Below the pieces are notes generated by a model. The model worked only from the letters and a program-made list of their open reading frames with translations, was not told the origin of the DNA and made no database searches. The position numbers and the translations under genes were made by a program. 31,931 bases of DNA. It comes from a virus (lineage: Duplodnaviria > Caudoviricetes). Location of the stretch: positions 1-31,931 of IMG/VR virus record IMGVR_UViG_3300005613_000266, one strand, 5' to 3'. This document shows, one piece after another, positions 16,432 through 24,988 of this stretch. Every line of letters begins with the position of its first letter. The stretch's first letter is position 1.

Positions 16432-16881
16432 ATGGCACATCCACAGAACTCACCGCGTGGTCTGTTCGCAATGAACAGAATCGATATAGATGACGCACAA
16501 CTCACCGATGACGCCAGCGGCAATTTGTTAGCATCCGCTGGATTAGCATTGAGCGGACAATCGGATGCAATTACACAAACTGCAAGCACGTTGAAAGTAC
16601 CAGTAGGCTTGTCACTCAGCGGTCGAACGGAAGTGATCACACAAGATGCTAGTGGCGTAAATCTCCCAGGAGCAATTAGCCTGAGCGGGCAATCTGGGTT
16701 GATTACGCAATCATCCACTGGGGTTGTATTGCCTACTGTGACAACTATACCGAGCGCGAGGGCTGGGAATGGAACGCTCTCGGTAATCAGTGATAGTACT
16801 GGGCAATGCGTCGTAATTAATCAGACAGGGACTACATGGGTATATTTGAATATCACCTCTGTGCGTCCTACTATTGGATAA
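16432..16881 (+). CDS. Ser/Thr-rich repeat protein, probable head fibre/decoration
   Basis: Three ~21-aa repeats (LxLSGxxxxITQ); AAGGAGGT RBS after the capsid gene. Confidence 0.55.
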   Translation: MAHPQNSPRGLFAMNRIDIDDAQLTDDASGNLLASAGLALSGQSDAITQTASTLKVPVGLSLSGRTEVITQDASGVNLPGAISLSGQSGLITQSSTGVVLPTVTTIPSARAGNGTLSVISDSTGQCVVINQTGTTWVYLNITSVRPTIG

Positions 16882-16893
16882 TGATGAGGGGAT

Positions 16894-16961
16894 CAAATTG
16901 GGATAGTTAGCGTAGGGTGGTACACGTTAACTGTCCCAATTTGCCTCCAACCACCTGGAGG
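16894..16961 (+). promoter_or_regulatory. 20-bp stem-loop plus SD-sequestering hairpin before the glycosyltransferase block
   Basis: 16894-16913 pairs with 16924-16943 (2 G-U); CCTCCA 16944-49 pairs with TGGAGG 16956-61. Confidence 0.65.
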
Positions 16962-16966
16962 TCATA

Positions 16967-17854
16967 TTGACAGAGAATAAACGTTACACGGGCTCGGTAT
17001 ATGTGGGGATTGTTGGTCCAGAACGAGACTACAGCACAGCGAGGGATAGCATTCAAAAACTGTTGTTGAGGCCTGGCGACAGTGGACCGCATTTCAGCCG
17101 AGCGACAAAAGGCTATGAGGCAAGGCAAACGCACCTTAACAACTTCATAGAAAGCACACATGATTTCATCTTCTTTGGGGATCATGATCAGGTATTTCCC
17201 GCAGATACGATCGAAAAATTACGCAATCATCAATTGCCGTATGTCAGCGGGTTATATTTGCGCAGATCGTATCAGCCAATCGCGCCAATATGGTTCCGAC
17301 CGTTTACAGGTGAATTTCCGTTTGAGCCATGGGTCGGAAAAATTGAACGAGGAAGATTGCACGAAATCGGAGCTAGCGGTTGGGGATGCGTATTGATACA
17401 TCGTGATGTAGTAATGGCTGTCCGAGATCAACTCAAAGGCGAATGGGAAATATTCGAAGATTTTATGGACATTTATCCATACGATTTGAAACGAATAATG
17501 AGCGCTGTTCATGGACTACGAAAGTTGGTTGATAAAGTTCGAGACGTGAATATTGAAAAGATTGATCAGTATTTGACAGTCTTAGAAGAAGAAATCCGAC
17601 CGCTGCGGGCGGACAAAACAGAGCCAGTTGGTTCCGATATTCGATTTCCCTTCTTTGCACTACAGGCAGGCTATCAACTCTACGGTGATCCAGATGTACG
17701 CTGTGGGCATATGCTAGATTATCCATTGAGCCCAGATGATTTCGACGGGTTACCGAGCGAGACACTGGAGAAGATCGCTGCATCATTAGATGAGCGCATG
17801 AAAACAGGTAGAGCACAAATTAAAAAACAACGAAATGAGGTACTAAGTGCATGA
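16967..17854 (+). CDS. GT-A fold (GT2-like) glycosyltransferase
   Basis: DFIFFGDHDQ DxD, VSGLY, GWGCVLIHRDV, GSDIRF, DPDVRCGH; TTG start with GGAGG. Confidence 0.75.
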   Translation: MTENKRYTGSVYVGIVGPERDYSTARDSIQKLLLRPGDSGPHFSRATKGYEARQTHLNNFIESTHDFIFFGDHDQVFPADTIEKLRNHQLPYVSGLYLRRSYQPIAPIWFRPFTGEFPFEPWVGKIERGRLHEIGASGWGCVLIHRDVVMAVRDQLKGEWEIFEDFMDIYPYDLKRIMSAVHGLRKLVDKVRDVNIEKIDQYLTVLEEEIRPLRADKTEPVGSDIRFPFFALQAGYQLYGDPDVRCGHMLDYPLSPDDFDGLPSETLEKIAASLDERMKTGRAQIKKQRNEVLSA

Positions 17855-18755
17855 CATTTTATTCATAACACCCGGTCCAGTTGAACAATGGGCGTCGTCT
17901 AGGTTACGTTGCACATGGGTTGCGAAATACATTGAGAACAGCTATGTAATCGATGGGACGCAAATTCACAATACAGGTATACCGAAGTCAAAGGTATATG
18001 TTTGGGAAAAGATTGGTAATCCTGAAACGATGAGATTACAACGAGAAGCGGGCGCGTTAGTATTTTGGGATTTGTGCGATCCAGTGTGGTGGTTCAGCAC
18101 AAACGATTGTAGAGAAATAGTCAATAACGTCAGTGGCGTAGTATTGAGCAATCATGACCTGAGAGCAGATTTTGACCAATGGATATTGGATAACAATATC
18201 AGTGTGATGACTGAATGTATACCGGATCGATTGTTATTGCAGCATTACAACAAGCAGAAGATACATACATTGCAACATACAACGCCAGTGCGCTTCATCT
18301 GGTATGGATCAGCGCAGAATAGAGTCGCATTATTTGGAGCCGTGGCGCCATTGGAACGATTAGTAGCGGATGGATTTGATATTCAGCTAACGATTATGGA
18401 TGATCGACCGGATGTGAGATGGGATTTTACCGATAAATTACCGGTCTACTATACAGGTTGGAGTTTGCAACATGAGGTAGATATTATATCGTCTCACGAT
18501 ATTGCATTATTACCGAGTTATCCTGGTCCATGGGGAGCGGTAAAGTCGAACAACAAACGACTAACAGCCTGGGCATGTGGACTGCCAGCTACAGATGGCG
18601 CGGATTACAAGTATATGTTCAGATTAGTTGATGATCCAAAAGAGAGGATGTTAGAAGCGCGGCATGGATTGACGATATTGCAAAATGAGTTTGATGTAAA
18701 AAAATCAGCGATTGAATGGAGCGAGTTTATCGATGCGTGTCGGAATAATTCATAG
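17847..18755 (+). CDS. GT-B fold glycosyltransferase-like protein
   Basis: ASSRLR, WDLCD, WYGSAQN, DIALLP, KSNNKRLTAWACGLP. Confidence 0.7.
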   Translation: MHDILFITPGPVEQWASSRLRCTWVAKYIENSYVIDGTQIHNTGIPKSKVYVWEKIGNPETMRLQREAGALVFWDLCDPVWWFSTNDCREIVNNVSGVVLSNHDLRADFDQWILDNNISVMTECIPDRLLLQHYNKQKIHTLQHTTPVRFIWYGSAQNRVALFGAVAPLERLVADGFDIQLTIMDDRPDVRWDFTDKLPVYYTGWSLQHEVDIISSHDIALLPSYPGPWGAVKSNNKRLTAWACGLPATDGADYKYMFRLVDDPKERMLEARHGLTILQNEFDVKKSAIEWSEFIDACRNNS

Positions 18756-19677
18756 ACCAGGAGCGACAAGCGGCGGCGACTGGATCGCTGCCAACAACTA
18801 TGCTTATGAGCTACGTAATTTAGGCATGGATGTAAATTTGATACCTGCGGATGATTTTCAATCGTTCTTGTCATGCGACTTTCTTCATTTATATGCTGCC
18901 TGTTCTCCCGATTGGGGATTACCTGCGGCGAGGGAAGTCAAACGGCTCGGTAAGCCGTTGATCGTATCGCCGTTTTGGTGGCCACGCGATGAACGTCAAG
19001 CCTATTACGGATATGCGGGCAAAGATTTAGTGAGAGGTTATGCCGAGGCAGTCGCAAAAACGCTGAGCCTAGCGGATGTATTATTTACGGTAACAATGAG
19101 CGAAGCGGTTGAATGTTGGAAATTGGTACCACGCGCAAATGTCAAGGTGATTGGCATTGGATGCGCAAATCCGCCGATTATGGAAGATGTTGAGCGACAT
19201 GATGTGGTTGTTTCGATTGGCAGAATAGAACCGCATAAAAATCAATTGATGACAGTGCGAGCAGCGAAACGACTAGGATTTCCAGTAATATTAGCGGGCG
19301 AGATTGCAAATCCGGAATATTGGGAGGTGATCCAACGAGAAGGCTGGGATGTAAAGCATTTTATCCCGAATGAGAAACAAAAATGGCTGTTGCTGGCAGG
19401 ATCACGGGTACACGCATTACCGAGCTTCTTTGAAAATCCTGGATTGGTTCACTCGGAAGCGGCGCTAACATTTACGCCATCAGTCATGGGGGGGCATGGA
19501 TGTGAGCCGGAGTTCTTCGGGGAGTATGGCATTTACTGTGACCCAACGGACTTGGATGATATTACCGAGGCAATAGCCGAGGCGTGGGATCGTGAGCCTG
19601 CGTGGTGGGCAGAGATACCAGAATGGCGCGATGTAGCCTGGAGCGGTTATTCATGGATGGTTTACCATGGGCAATAG
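18733..19677 (+). CDS. GT4-family glycosyltransferase
   Basis: SGGD, SIGRIEPHKNQ, LPSFFENPGLVHSEAA (E-x7-E). Confidence 0.85.
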   Translation: MRVGIIHRPGATSGGDWIAANNYAYELRNLGMDVNLIPADDFQSFLSCDFLHLYAACSPDWGLPAAREVKRLGKPLIVSPFWWPRDERQAYYGYAGKDLVRGYAEAVAKTLSLADVLFTVTMSEAVECWKLVPRANVKVIGIGCANPPIMEDVERHDVVVSIGRIEPHKNQLMTVRAAKRLGFPVILAGEIANPEYWEVIQREGWDVKHFIPNEKQKWLLLAGSRVHALPSFFENPGLVHSEAALTFTPSVMGGHGCEPEFFGEYGIYCDPTDLDDITEAIAEAWDREPAWWAEIPEWRDVAWSGYSWMVYHGQ

Positions 19678-20389
19678 AATTGCAGTATTGATTGTAAACT
19701 ACAACATGCCTGAGCGGGCAGATGCGCTGGCTGAACATATCAAGAAACACACACAGATACCGTATGACATGTATTTGATCGATAACGGTTCCGATATTAT
19801 GAAGCCGGCGAAATATACAACGGTTAGACTGCCCGAAAATGTACAGACGACCAATGGATGGTTAGCAGGATTAGAGTCCGCAGCCAAGAAACAAATTGAT
19901 TATTACGCCTATTGGTTCCTTATTACAAGTGCAAATTTTGTCGATGAGCGAGATCCATTGCTGCCATTAGTTGAGTTGATGCAATCGGATGATGACATTG
20001 TAGGTGTGCATCCAGCATTGACAAAATCATCTACTACGCATTGGAAACATCTCATTACGCAGGGTGGAACGGAACCGAGACAGGTATTCATGATCGATAA
20101 TATCGCCAGTCTATACCGAGCAGATTGGTTTGACAGCATCGGGAGATTTGATAAACGGCTGATATATGGCTGGGGCATTGATTTGGAAACTGGGTATATA
20201 GCGAGAGAGATGAGAAAAAAGCTGTATGTTTGTGAACAATCGCAGATCCACAAGACCACCGATATTGGCTATTCAATGGGGCGTATGGGTATGGACGCGG
20301 TTGAACGCCGCAGATTGGCAACCTGGAACATGGAGCAAATATTCGTGAATAAATATGGCGAACAGTGGAGGGATATCATCTTCCCATGA
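19667..20389 (+). CDS. GT2-like glycosyltransferase
   Basis: VLIVNYN, IDNGSD, IGRFD..YGWGID; no canonical DxD visible. Confidence 0.75.
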   Translation: MGNRIAVLIVNYNMPERADALAEHIKKHTQIPYDMYLIDNGSDIMKPAKYTTVRLPENVQTTNGWLAGLESAAKKQIDYYAYWFLITSANFVDERDPLLPLVELMQSDDDIVGVHPALTKSSTTHWKHLITQGGTEPRQVFMIDNIASLYRADWFDSIGRFDKRLIYGWGIDLETGYIAREMRKKLYVCEQSQIHKTTDIGYSMGRMGMDAVERRRLATWNMEQIFVNKYGEQWRDIIFP

Positions 20390-21075
20390 GCGAGCTAACG
20401 ATTTTAACAATTACGCGTGGCGAGAGCCATTCGCTACCATTCTTGCAAAATCTAAGCGACTTTGCCAAAACAATCGGCGCGGAATATCTGATTGGACTAG
20501 ATATGTTTACTAATGCAGAAATCGATTTGATGAAGATTGGAACGTGTCGGATGGTTCCGTGTACCTCCAGCGGCGCAATTGAGCATGTATTAGCAGATGT
20601 GAGTCAAAAAGCGCATGGCGATTGGATATTACGGATTGATGATGATGAGAGCATGAGCATGGCGATGGAGTACTGGGTCAAGTGCGGTAGTTGGCTGACC
20701 GACGAATATACACATTATTCATTCCCAACGGCATGGCTATGGAACGATTTGGATCATTATCTAATCAATGAGCGCATGTTCCCAGATGTACATACCAGAT
20801 TAGTCAAACGTGATTTAATGCGCGATTGGCCTCGGCAGTTACACGCATCATTTTCACACGGTGTTGGGAAAATTGAACCGGTATTGTTGCTTCATCATAA
20901 ATTCTTAGTGAAGAATTATTCAGAACGTCAAACGGTGGCGGCTCGGTATGATTGTGTGCGTGATGGTGGCGGCTCGAATAATGTTTACAAACGTTATAGT
21001 CTACCAGAAGATGTATTCAGCGAAATGCGATTAGCTGAGGTTGGGACTGGATTATTACAGGGATGGCAATCATGA
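20386..21075 (+). CDS. GT2-like glycosyltransferase
   Basis: GDWILRIDDDE, PDVHTRL, LLHH; ATGA coupling. Confidence 0.7.
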   Translation: MSELTILTITRGESHSLPFLQNLSDFAKTIGAEYLIGLDMFTNAEIDLMKIGTCRMVPCTSSGAIEHVLADVSQKAHGDWILRIDDDESMSMAMEYWVKCGSWLTDEYTHYSFPTAWLWNDLDHYLINERMFPDVHTRLVKRDLMRDWPRQLHASFSHGVGKIEPVLLLHHKFLVKNYSERQTVAARYDCVRDGGGSNNVYKRYSLPEDVFSEMRLAEVGTGLLQGWQS

Positions 21076-21674
21076 CGGAATCATATGTAGATAAATTGGC
21101 AATGATCAATAACAAAATCCATGGCAGTATATGGACGGACGCGGATGAGTGCGAATTGATTACAGAGATAATCCAGGAGGCTGGTGATGGGCTGCACCTG
21201 GAAATCGGGACAGCACATGGTGGGACGGCGATCATCGCAGGATTGGCTAAGAAAGAGTACAATATTGGCGGTGGCGTTGTAACTATTGATCCAATGGTAG
21301 GCGGTTGGTGGGATCATGGCGATGGCAACGGGGATACACCAACGCGACAAACGGTATTGGATAATATTAGTAAGTTTGATATAGACTGCACCAGTATTGT
21401 GGGATATTCGCAGGATATTATTCCAGCAAATGATTTCAAACCTGTGACTACATTTATTGACGGCGACCATTCGCATTGGGGGTGCTTGTGGGATTGGAAC
21501 TTGGTCAAGGATATTACCGAGAAATTCGTGATATTCCACGACTACAATTTCGATAATCCCAAATTAGCAGGCGTGATCAAAGTTGTTGATGAGATAGCCA
21601 GTATAGATAGCGAGTGGCAGAGATACAAAGAAGTAAATAGAGTAGTTGTATTCAAGAGGCTGGAATATGATTGA
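21072..21674 (+). CDS. class I SAM methyltransferase (Methyltransf_24-like)
   Basis: LEIGTAHGGT, TIDP, FIDGDHS, IFHDY. Confidence 0.85.
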   Translation: MTESYVDKLAMINNKIHGSIWTDADECELITEIIQEAGDGLHLEIGTAHGGTAIIAGLAKKEYNIGGGVVTIDPMVGGWWDHGDGNGDTPTRQTVLDNISKFDIDCTSIVGYSQDIIPANDFKPVTTFIDGDHSHWGCLWDWNLVKDITEKFVIFHDYNFDNPKLAGVIKVVDEIASIDSEWQRYKEVNRVVVFKRLEYD

Positions 21675-22290
21675 GAACAACTTGCTCAGTATTATTGTGG
21701 CAGCGCATAATCAGTGGGATGAATTTACCGAGCCAATGATGCGGTCACTACGGAAATATAATCCAGAAACGCCTGTGGTAATTGTAGACAATGGAAGTTC
21801 TCCAGCATATCCAACAGAGTTGGATAGTCACACGTTAGTAATTAGATCAAATAATAACAGTCTGGCACAGGCGAATAATCTCGGTATTGTACACAGTCCG
21901 ATTAGCAAATGGTATTTGACGCTGAATAATGATGTGATTGTGAGCGGAAATATCGAAGAACACGCAGCGCAGTTCGCCGAAGATACGATTTACAGCAATC
22001 AGATCCACACCTGGACGCACAGTACGTATGCGGTTGGGTGGTGTCTAGCATTACCAAGACAGGCATTATTGGATGTTGGATTGTATGATGAGAATTTCAT
22101 CAAACTATATTATGACGAAGTCGATTACTGCTACCGAGCAGAGCATTATGGGTACAAGATCAAACAATGCTATTTGCCAATTATGCACCTGGGCAAAGGT
22201 GGGGGTAGCAGGCACTTTAACGATAGCGACAACATCGCGGCGATCAACAAACGCTGGTTTCTGACTAAACACAATCTGGAGAAATCATAA
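21667..22290 (+). CDS. GT2-family glycosyltransferase
   Basis: SIIVAAHN, VDNGS, LNND, VGLYDE, EVDYCYRA, HLG. Confidence 0.85.
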   Translation: MIENNLLSIIVAAHNQWDEFTEPMMRSLRKYNPETPVVIVDNGSSPAYPTELDSHTLVIRSNNNSLAQANNLGIVHSPISKWYLTLNNDVIVSGNIEEHAAQFAEDTIYSNQIHTWTHSTYAVGWCLALPRQALLDVGLYDENFIKLYYDEVDYCYRAEHYGYKIKQCYLPIMHLGKGGGSRHFNDSDNIAAINKRWFLTKHNLEKS

Positions 22291-22533
22291 ATGCCAACCT
22301 ATGTATATCGGTGTAAATGTGGCAATGAGACGATCGTTGTTGAGCCAATGATGGCGATCAGCGACGTATATTGTAATGAATGCGGTAGTGTGATGTGGAG
22401 GAAGCCGCAATTACTAAGAATCAATTGGAACGGGCTGAAGCCTTCGCAGGGAGAAATTCACCCAAATATTAGGGAATTTATAGACGACACGCCTCGGCGA
22501 ACGGAGGCGATGGAGGAGAAATATGCCAGCTAA
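22291..22533 (+). CDS. FmdB-like zinc-ribbon protein
   Basis: MPTYVYRCKCG...CNECG..M.R. Confidence 0.75.
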   Translation: MPTYVYRCKCGNETIVVEPMMAISDVYCNECGSVMWRKPQLLRINWNGLKPSQGEIHPNIREFIDDTPRRTEAMEEKYAS

Positions 22534-22831
22534 ACGAACGGCTTTACATGGATTGATGAATGCAGGATTTGAAAAAATCACATTGTCGGGAACGTCGGTA
22601 CATTCGCTTAACAGCACGGTTAAGACTGCGGATGTACTGGATATCAGCGTAGAAACACAAGATGCGCGTTACCGAGCGGATGGAACAAGTCCAGCGGCGT
22701 CTACGGGCGTATTGTTACAAGCTGATAACTGGTATCGATTGCAGGGATACAACGGAACAAGTAATTTGAAATTCACAGGCGCGGTAGCGGGCTCGGTATT
22801 GAATGTTCAGGGATGGAAGTTCGAGAGCTAG
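22523..22831 (+). CDS. small beta-rich probable virion protein
   Basis: GGAGG RBS; RYRADGT.P..STGV.L pattern; located in the structural operon. Confidence 0.55.
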   Translation: MPAKRTALHGLMNAGFEKITLSGTSVHSLNSTVKTADVLDISVETQDARYRADGTSPAASTGVLLQADNWYRLQGYNGTSNLKFTGAVAGSVLNVQGWKFES

Positions 22832-22900
22832 TATCAGTGGCGAGCGGATGGAAACGAGATCGTGTTGACAAGCGTCGCAAGATGAAGCGACCTAAGAGGA

Positions 22901-23440
22901 ATGAAAACAATGACGATAAGAAGCGACAGTTACGGATCAACAACTGAGGTACTGGCATTCACGCGTCATCTGATGGATGGGCAGACTACATTTAATAGTA
23001 CTACACGTCCCACAAATACTGAGGTTGAGAAATTCATCGATCGGGCGAGCGGTGCGCTGAATGTGGCATTGAACAACTGGGGGATGACAACGCCAGTGAC
23101 AAACACAACGGCTAAGTTAGTCTTGGATGAATGGGTTGTATCAAAAGTTACCGAGCATGTGGAATTGACGCAGCGTGGCGTTGGATATTCGGAAGCCGAA
23201 GGATCGAGATATATTGGATTTCGGAATCTACATCAGGCAGCGCATGATTTTGTAAAGACAAATGCGCTCGGTATGAAACGATTGGGCGTCGGAATAAGTG
23301 CACAGTTGAATCAGGGTATGACATTTACGGGACTGGACGCACAGGATGACCGCGCGGATCCGGATGATACCAGTCTGGAGCAGCCGTTATTCGCTCGGCG
23401 ATTGTTTGATAATAATAACGATGAGGATGACGACCAATGA
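22901..23440 (+). CDS. head-tail adaptor protein
   Basis: Position; Y.S..EV, TRPT..EVEKFI..AS..LN pattern; start 22901 or 22910. Confidence 0.6.
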   Translation: MKTMTIRSDSYGSTTEVLAFTRHLMDGQTTFNSTTRPTNTEVEKFIDRASGALNVALNNWGMTTPVTNTTAKLVLDEWVVSKVTEHVELTQRGVGYSEAEGSRYIGFRNLHQAAHDFVKTNALGMKRLGVGISAQLNQGMTFTGLDAQDDRADPDDTSLEQPLFARRLFDNNNDEDDDQ

Positions 23441-23880
23441 GTTACTCCACCGGAGAAGCATTGTTGCTAACGCGTGTACAGGTGTGCACTGGATTTGATT
23501 CGAACAATACCAGCCGGTGTAATTGGAAGATATTGAACAAGGGTAAGTCGGATCACTACGCAATACTGAGACCTGGGGCGTTCAATATCGAATGGCACGC
23601 GTTGTCTGCGTATACCGCCAATTGGACAACAGTTGTTGAAGTGTGGCAAAGATACAAAGACGATACCACATCGCAGACAAATCTATATGGTCATATCACC
23701 AATTTGATGGCAATTATGGCATATCCATATTTAGGTGATGATACAACGGTTGTGGATAGTTCAATCGAAGGTGCGGATGAGCCGGAAGAGATGTGGACAC
23801 AAGGCGGGGGTCCCGGATGGATACGCTGGAAACTGCGGGTGATATGGCAGGAACAAACGGAGGTAACGTTCAGTGAATAA
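23437..23880 (+). CDS. tail terminator / completion protein
   Basis: 147 aa, located between adaptor and tube. Confidence 0.5.
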   Translation: MSYSTGEALLLTRVQVCTGFDSNNTSRCNWKILNKGKSDHYAILRPGAFNIEWHALSAYTANWTTVVEVWQRYKDDTTSQTNLYGHITNLMAIMAYPYLGDDTTVVDSSIEGADEPEEMWTQGGGPGWIRWKLRVIWQEQTEVTFSE

Positions 23881-24199
23881 ATCAGATGAGATCAAGCGAT
23901 TGCAAGAGAAAATCAAATGGCACGAAAGCCGTGGGAGATATGTAGGAACGTATGAACACGCACGGCTAGAACAAATAATCAATAGTGAATTGAAAGAATC
24001 GGAGGTAAACGATGGCAAATCTAACATGGAAATCAATGGCGCTGAAGATCGACGACAACACGGGGTCGTTGACGACAGTAACGAATTGGGTGAACAGCGC
24101 GAGTCTAGAGGGAGCGATGGAGACGTTGGAGGACACAAGTCTAAACGACGAGGAACACAGCTACCTAAGCGGACTAGCGGGGGCGACGATCCCGATTAA
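23873..24199 (+). CDS. hypothetical protein overlapping the tail tube gene
   Basis: GGAGGT RBS before GTG; first ~46 codons fill an otherwise empty gap. Confidence 0.35.
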   Translation: MNKSDEIKRLQEKIKWHESRGRYVGTYEHARLEQIINSELKESEVNDGKSNMEINGAEDRRQHGVVDDSNELGEQRESRGSDGDVGGHKSKRRGTQLPKRTSGGDDPD

Positions 24200-24419
24200 T
24201 GGGTGGGTGAATACCACTACTGAGGGTATCTTTGGACCGCTGGTTGGGAATAGAACTACAGCGACCAAAACGGTTGAGTTCTACAATGGCGTGAAGTACT
24301 ACAATGGCGAGGTCTGGGTTACCGAGGTTTCGTTCTCGGGTGATGCGGGATCACTGCAGACATTCAGCGCCAATTGCACATTTGACGGGGCAGTAACACG
24401 TACTAGCACATCATCATAG
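24012..24419 (+). CDS. major tail tube protein
   Basis: ETLEDTSLND...YLSGL..., YNGEVWVTE, TFSA..FDGAVT; GGAGGT RBS. Confidence 0.8.
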   Translation: MANLTWKSMALKIDDNTGSLTTVTNWVNSASLEGAMETLEDTSLNDEEHSYLSGLAGATIPINGWVNTTTEGIFGPLVGNRTTATKTVEFYNGVKYYNGEVWVTEVSFSGDAGSLQTFSANCTFDGAVTRTSTSS

Positions 24420-24434
24420 GAAAGGTGGTAATTC

Positions 24435-24722
24435 TTGGAATTCAAGCAGGGTAAATCAAGTTTTACTGTACCGGATGAGCCGACTGTAAGGCAAATATTG
24501 CGCTATGACAGCGTGATTGAAAGTAAAGCTGAGTTGGAACTATACGAACGGCTCTGGGCTGGCTGCTGTGTGATTGCGCAAAATTGGAAATCTGACAAAG
24601 TGGAATTGAGCGCGGACGCGTTGGATCAGAAGCTAAGCGCGGATGCACTTGAGATCATCAAATGGGCGAGTTTGGCAGCGTTTAGCTATGTTTTACAGAT
24701 CAAAAAAGTGCCAAAAAACTAA
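24435..24722 (+). CDS. tail assembly chaperone G
   Basis: Between tube and tape measure; ends in the slippery CCA AAA AAC TAA. Confidence 0.75.
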   Translation: MEFKQGKSSFTVPDEPTVRQILRYDSVIESKAELELYERLWAGCCVIAQNWKSDKVELSADALDQKLSADALEIIKWASLAAFSYVLQIKKVPKN

Positions 24723-24988
24723 TCGAGCGGGCGGTAGGCTGTGCGGAACGCGGAGAGACGCCGCCGCCTGCGCTCGAAATGGCGTGGAGATGTGAGCGAT
24801 GGAATGCCTTACCGGACGGCGGCGGATTGTATGATCAGGAATATAGGTTACTGAGCAGCATGGGTATATTGTCGAATGTATACAATACAGTTGTGCGGGT
24901 ACGAAATATGAAAGGAGATCAAATTCACAATCTGAGCGATGGCGAGCGCAGAATACTGAGAAATTTGATTAACGAGGAATTGATGTAA
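24719..24988 (+). CDS. tail assembly chaperone GT extension via -1 frameshift
   Basis: The -1 frame is open from A_AAA_AAC (24713-24719) through LIERAVG...MAWRCERW to the TAATG of the tape measure. Confidence 0.75.
   Translation, partial: LIERAVGCAERGETPPPALEMAWRCERWNALPDGGGLYDQEYRLLSSMGILSNVYNTVVRVRNMKGDQIHNLSDGERRILRNLINEELM

Noticed and set aside
22837-22947. 36-codon Lys/Arg-rich ORF (GTG start)
   Set aside because: No RBS and it overlaps the adaptor gene start; cannot be supported.
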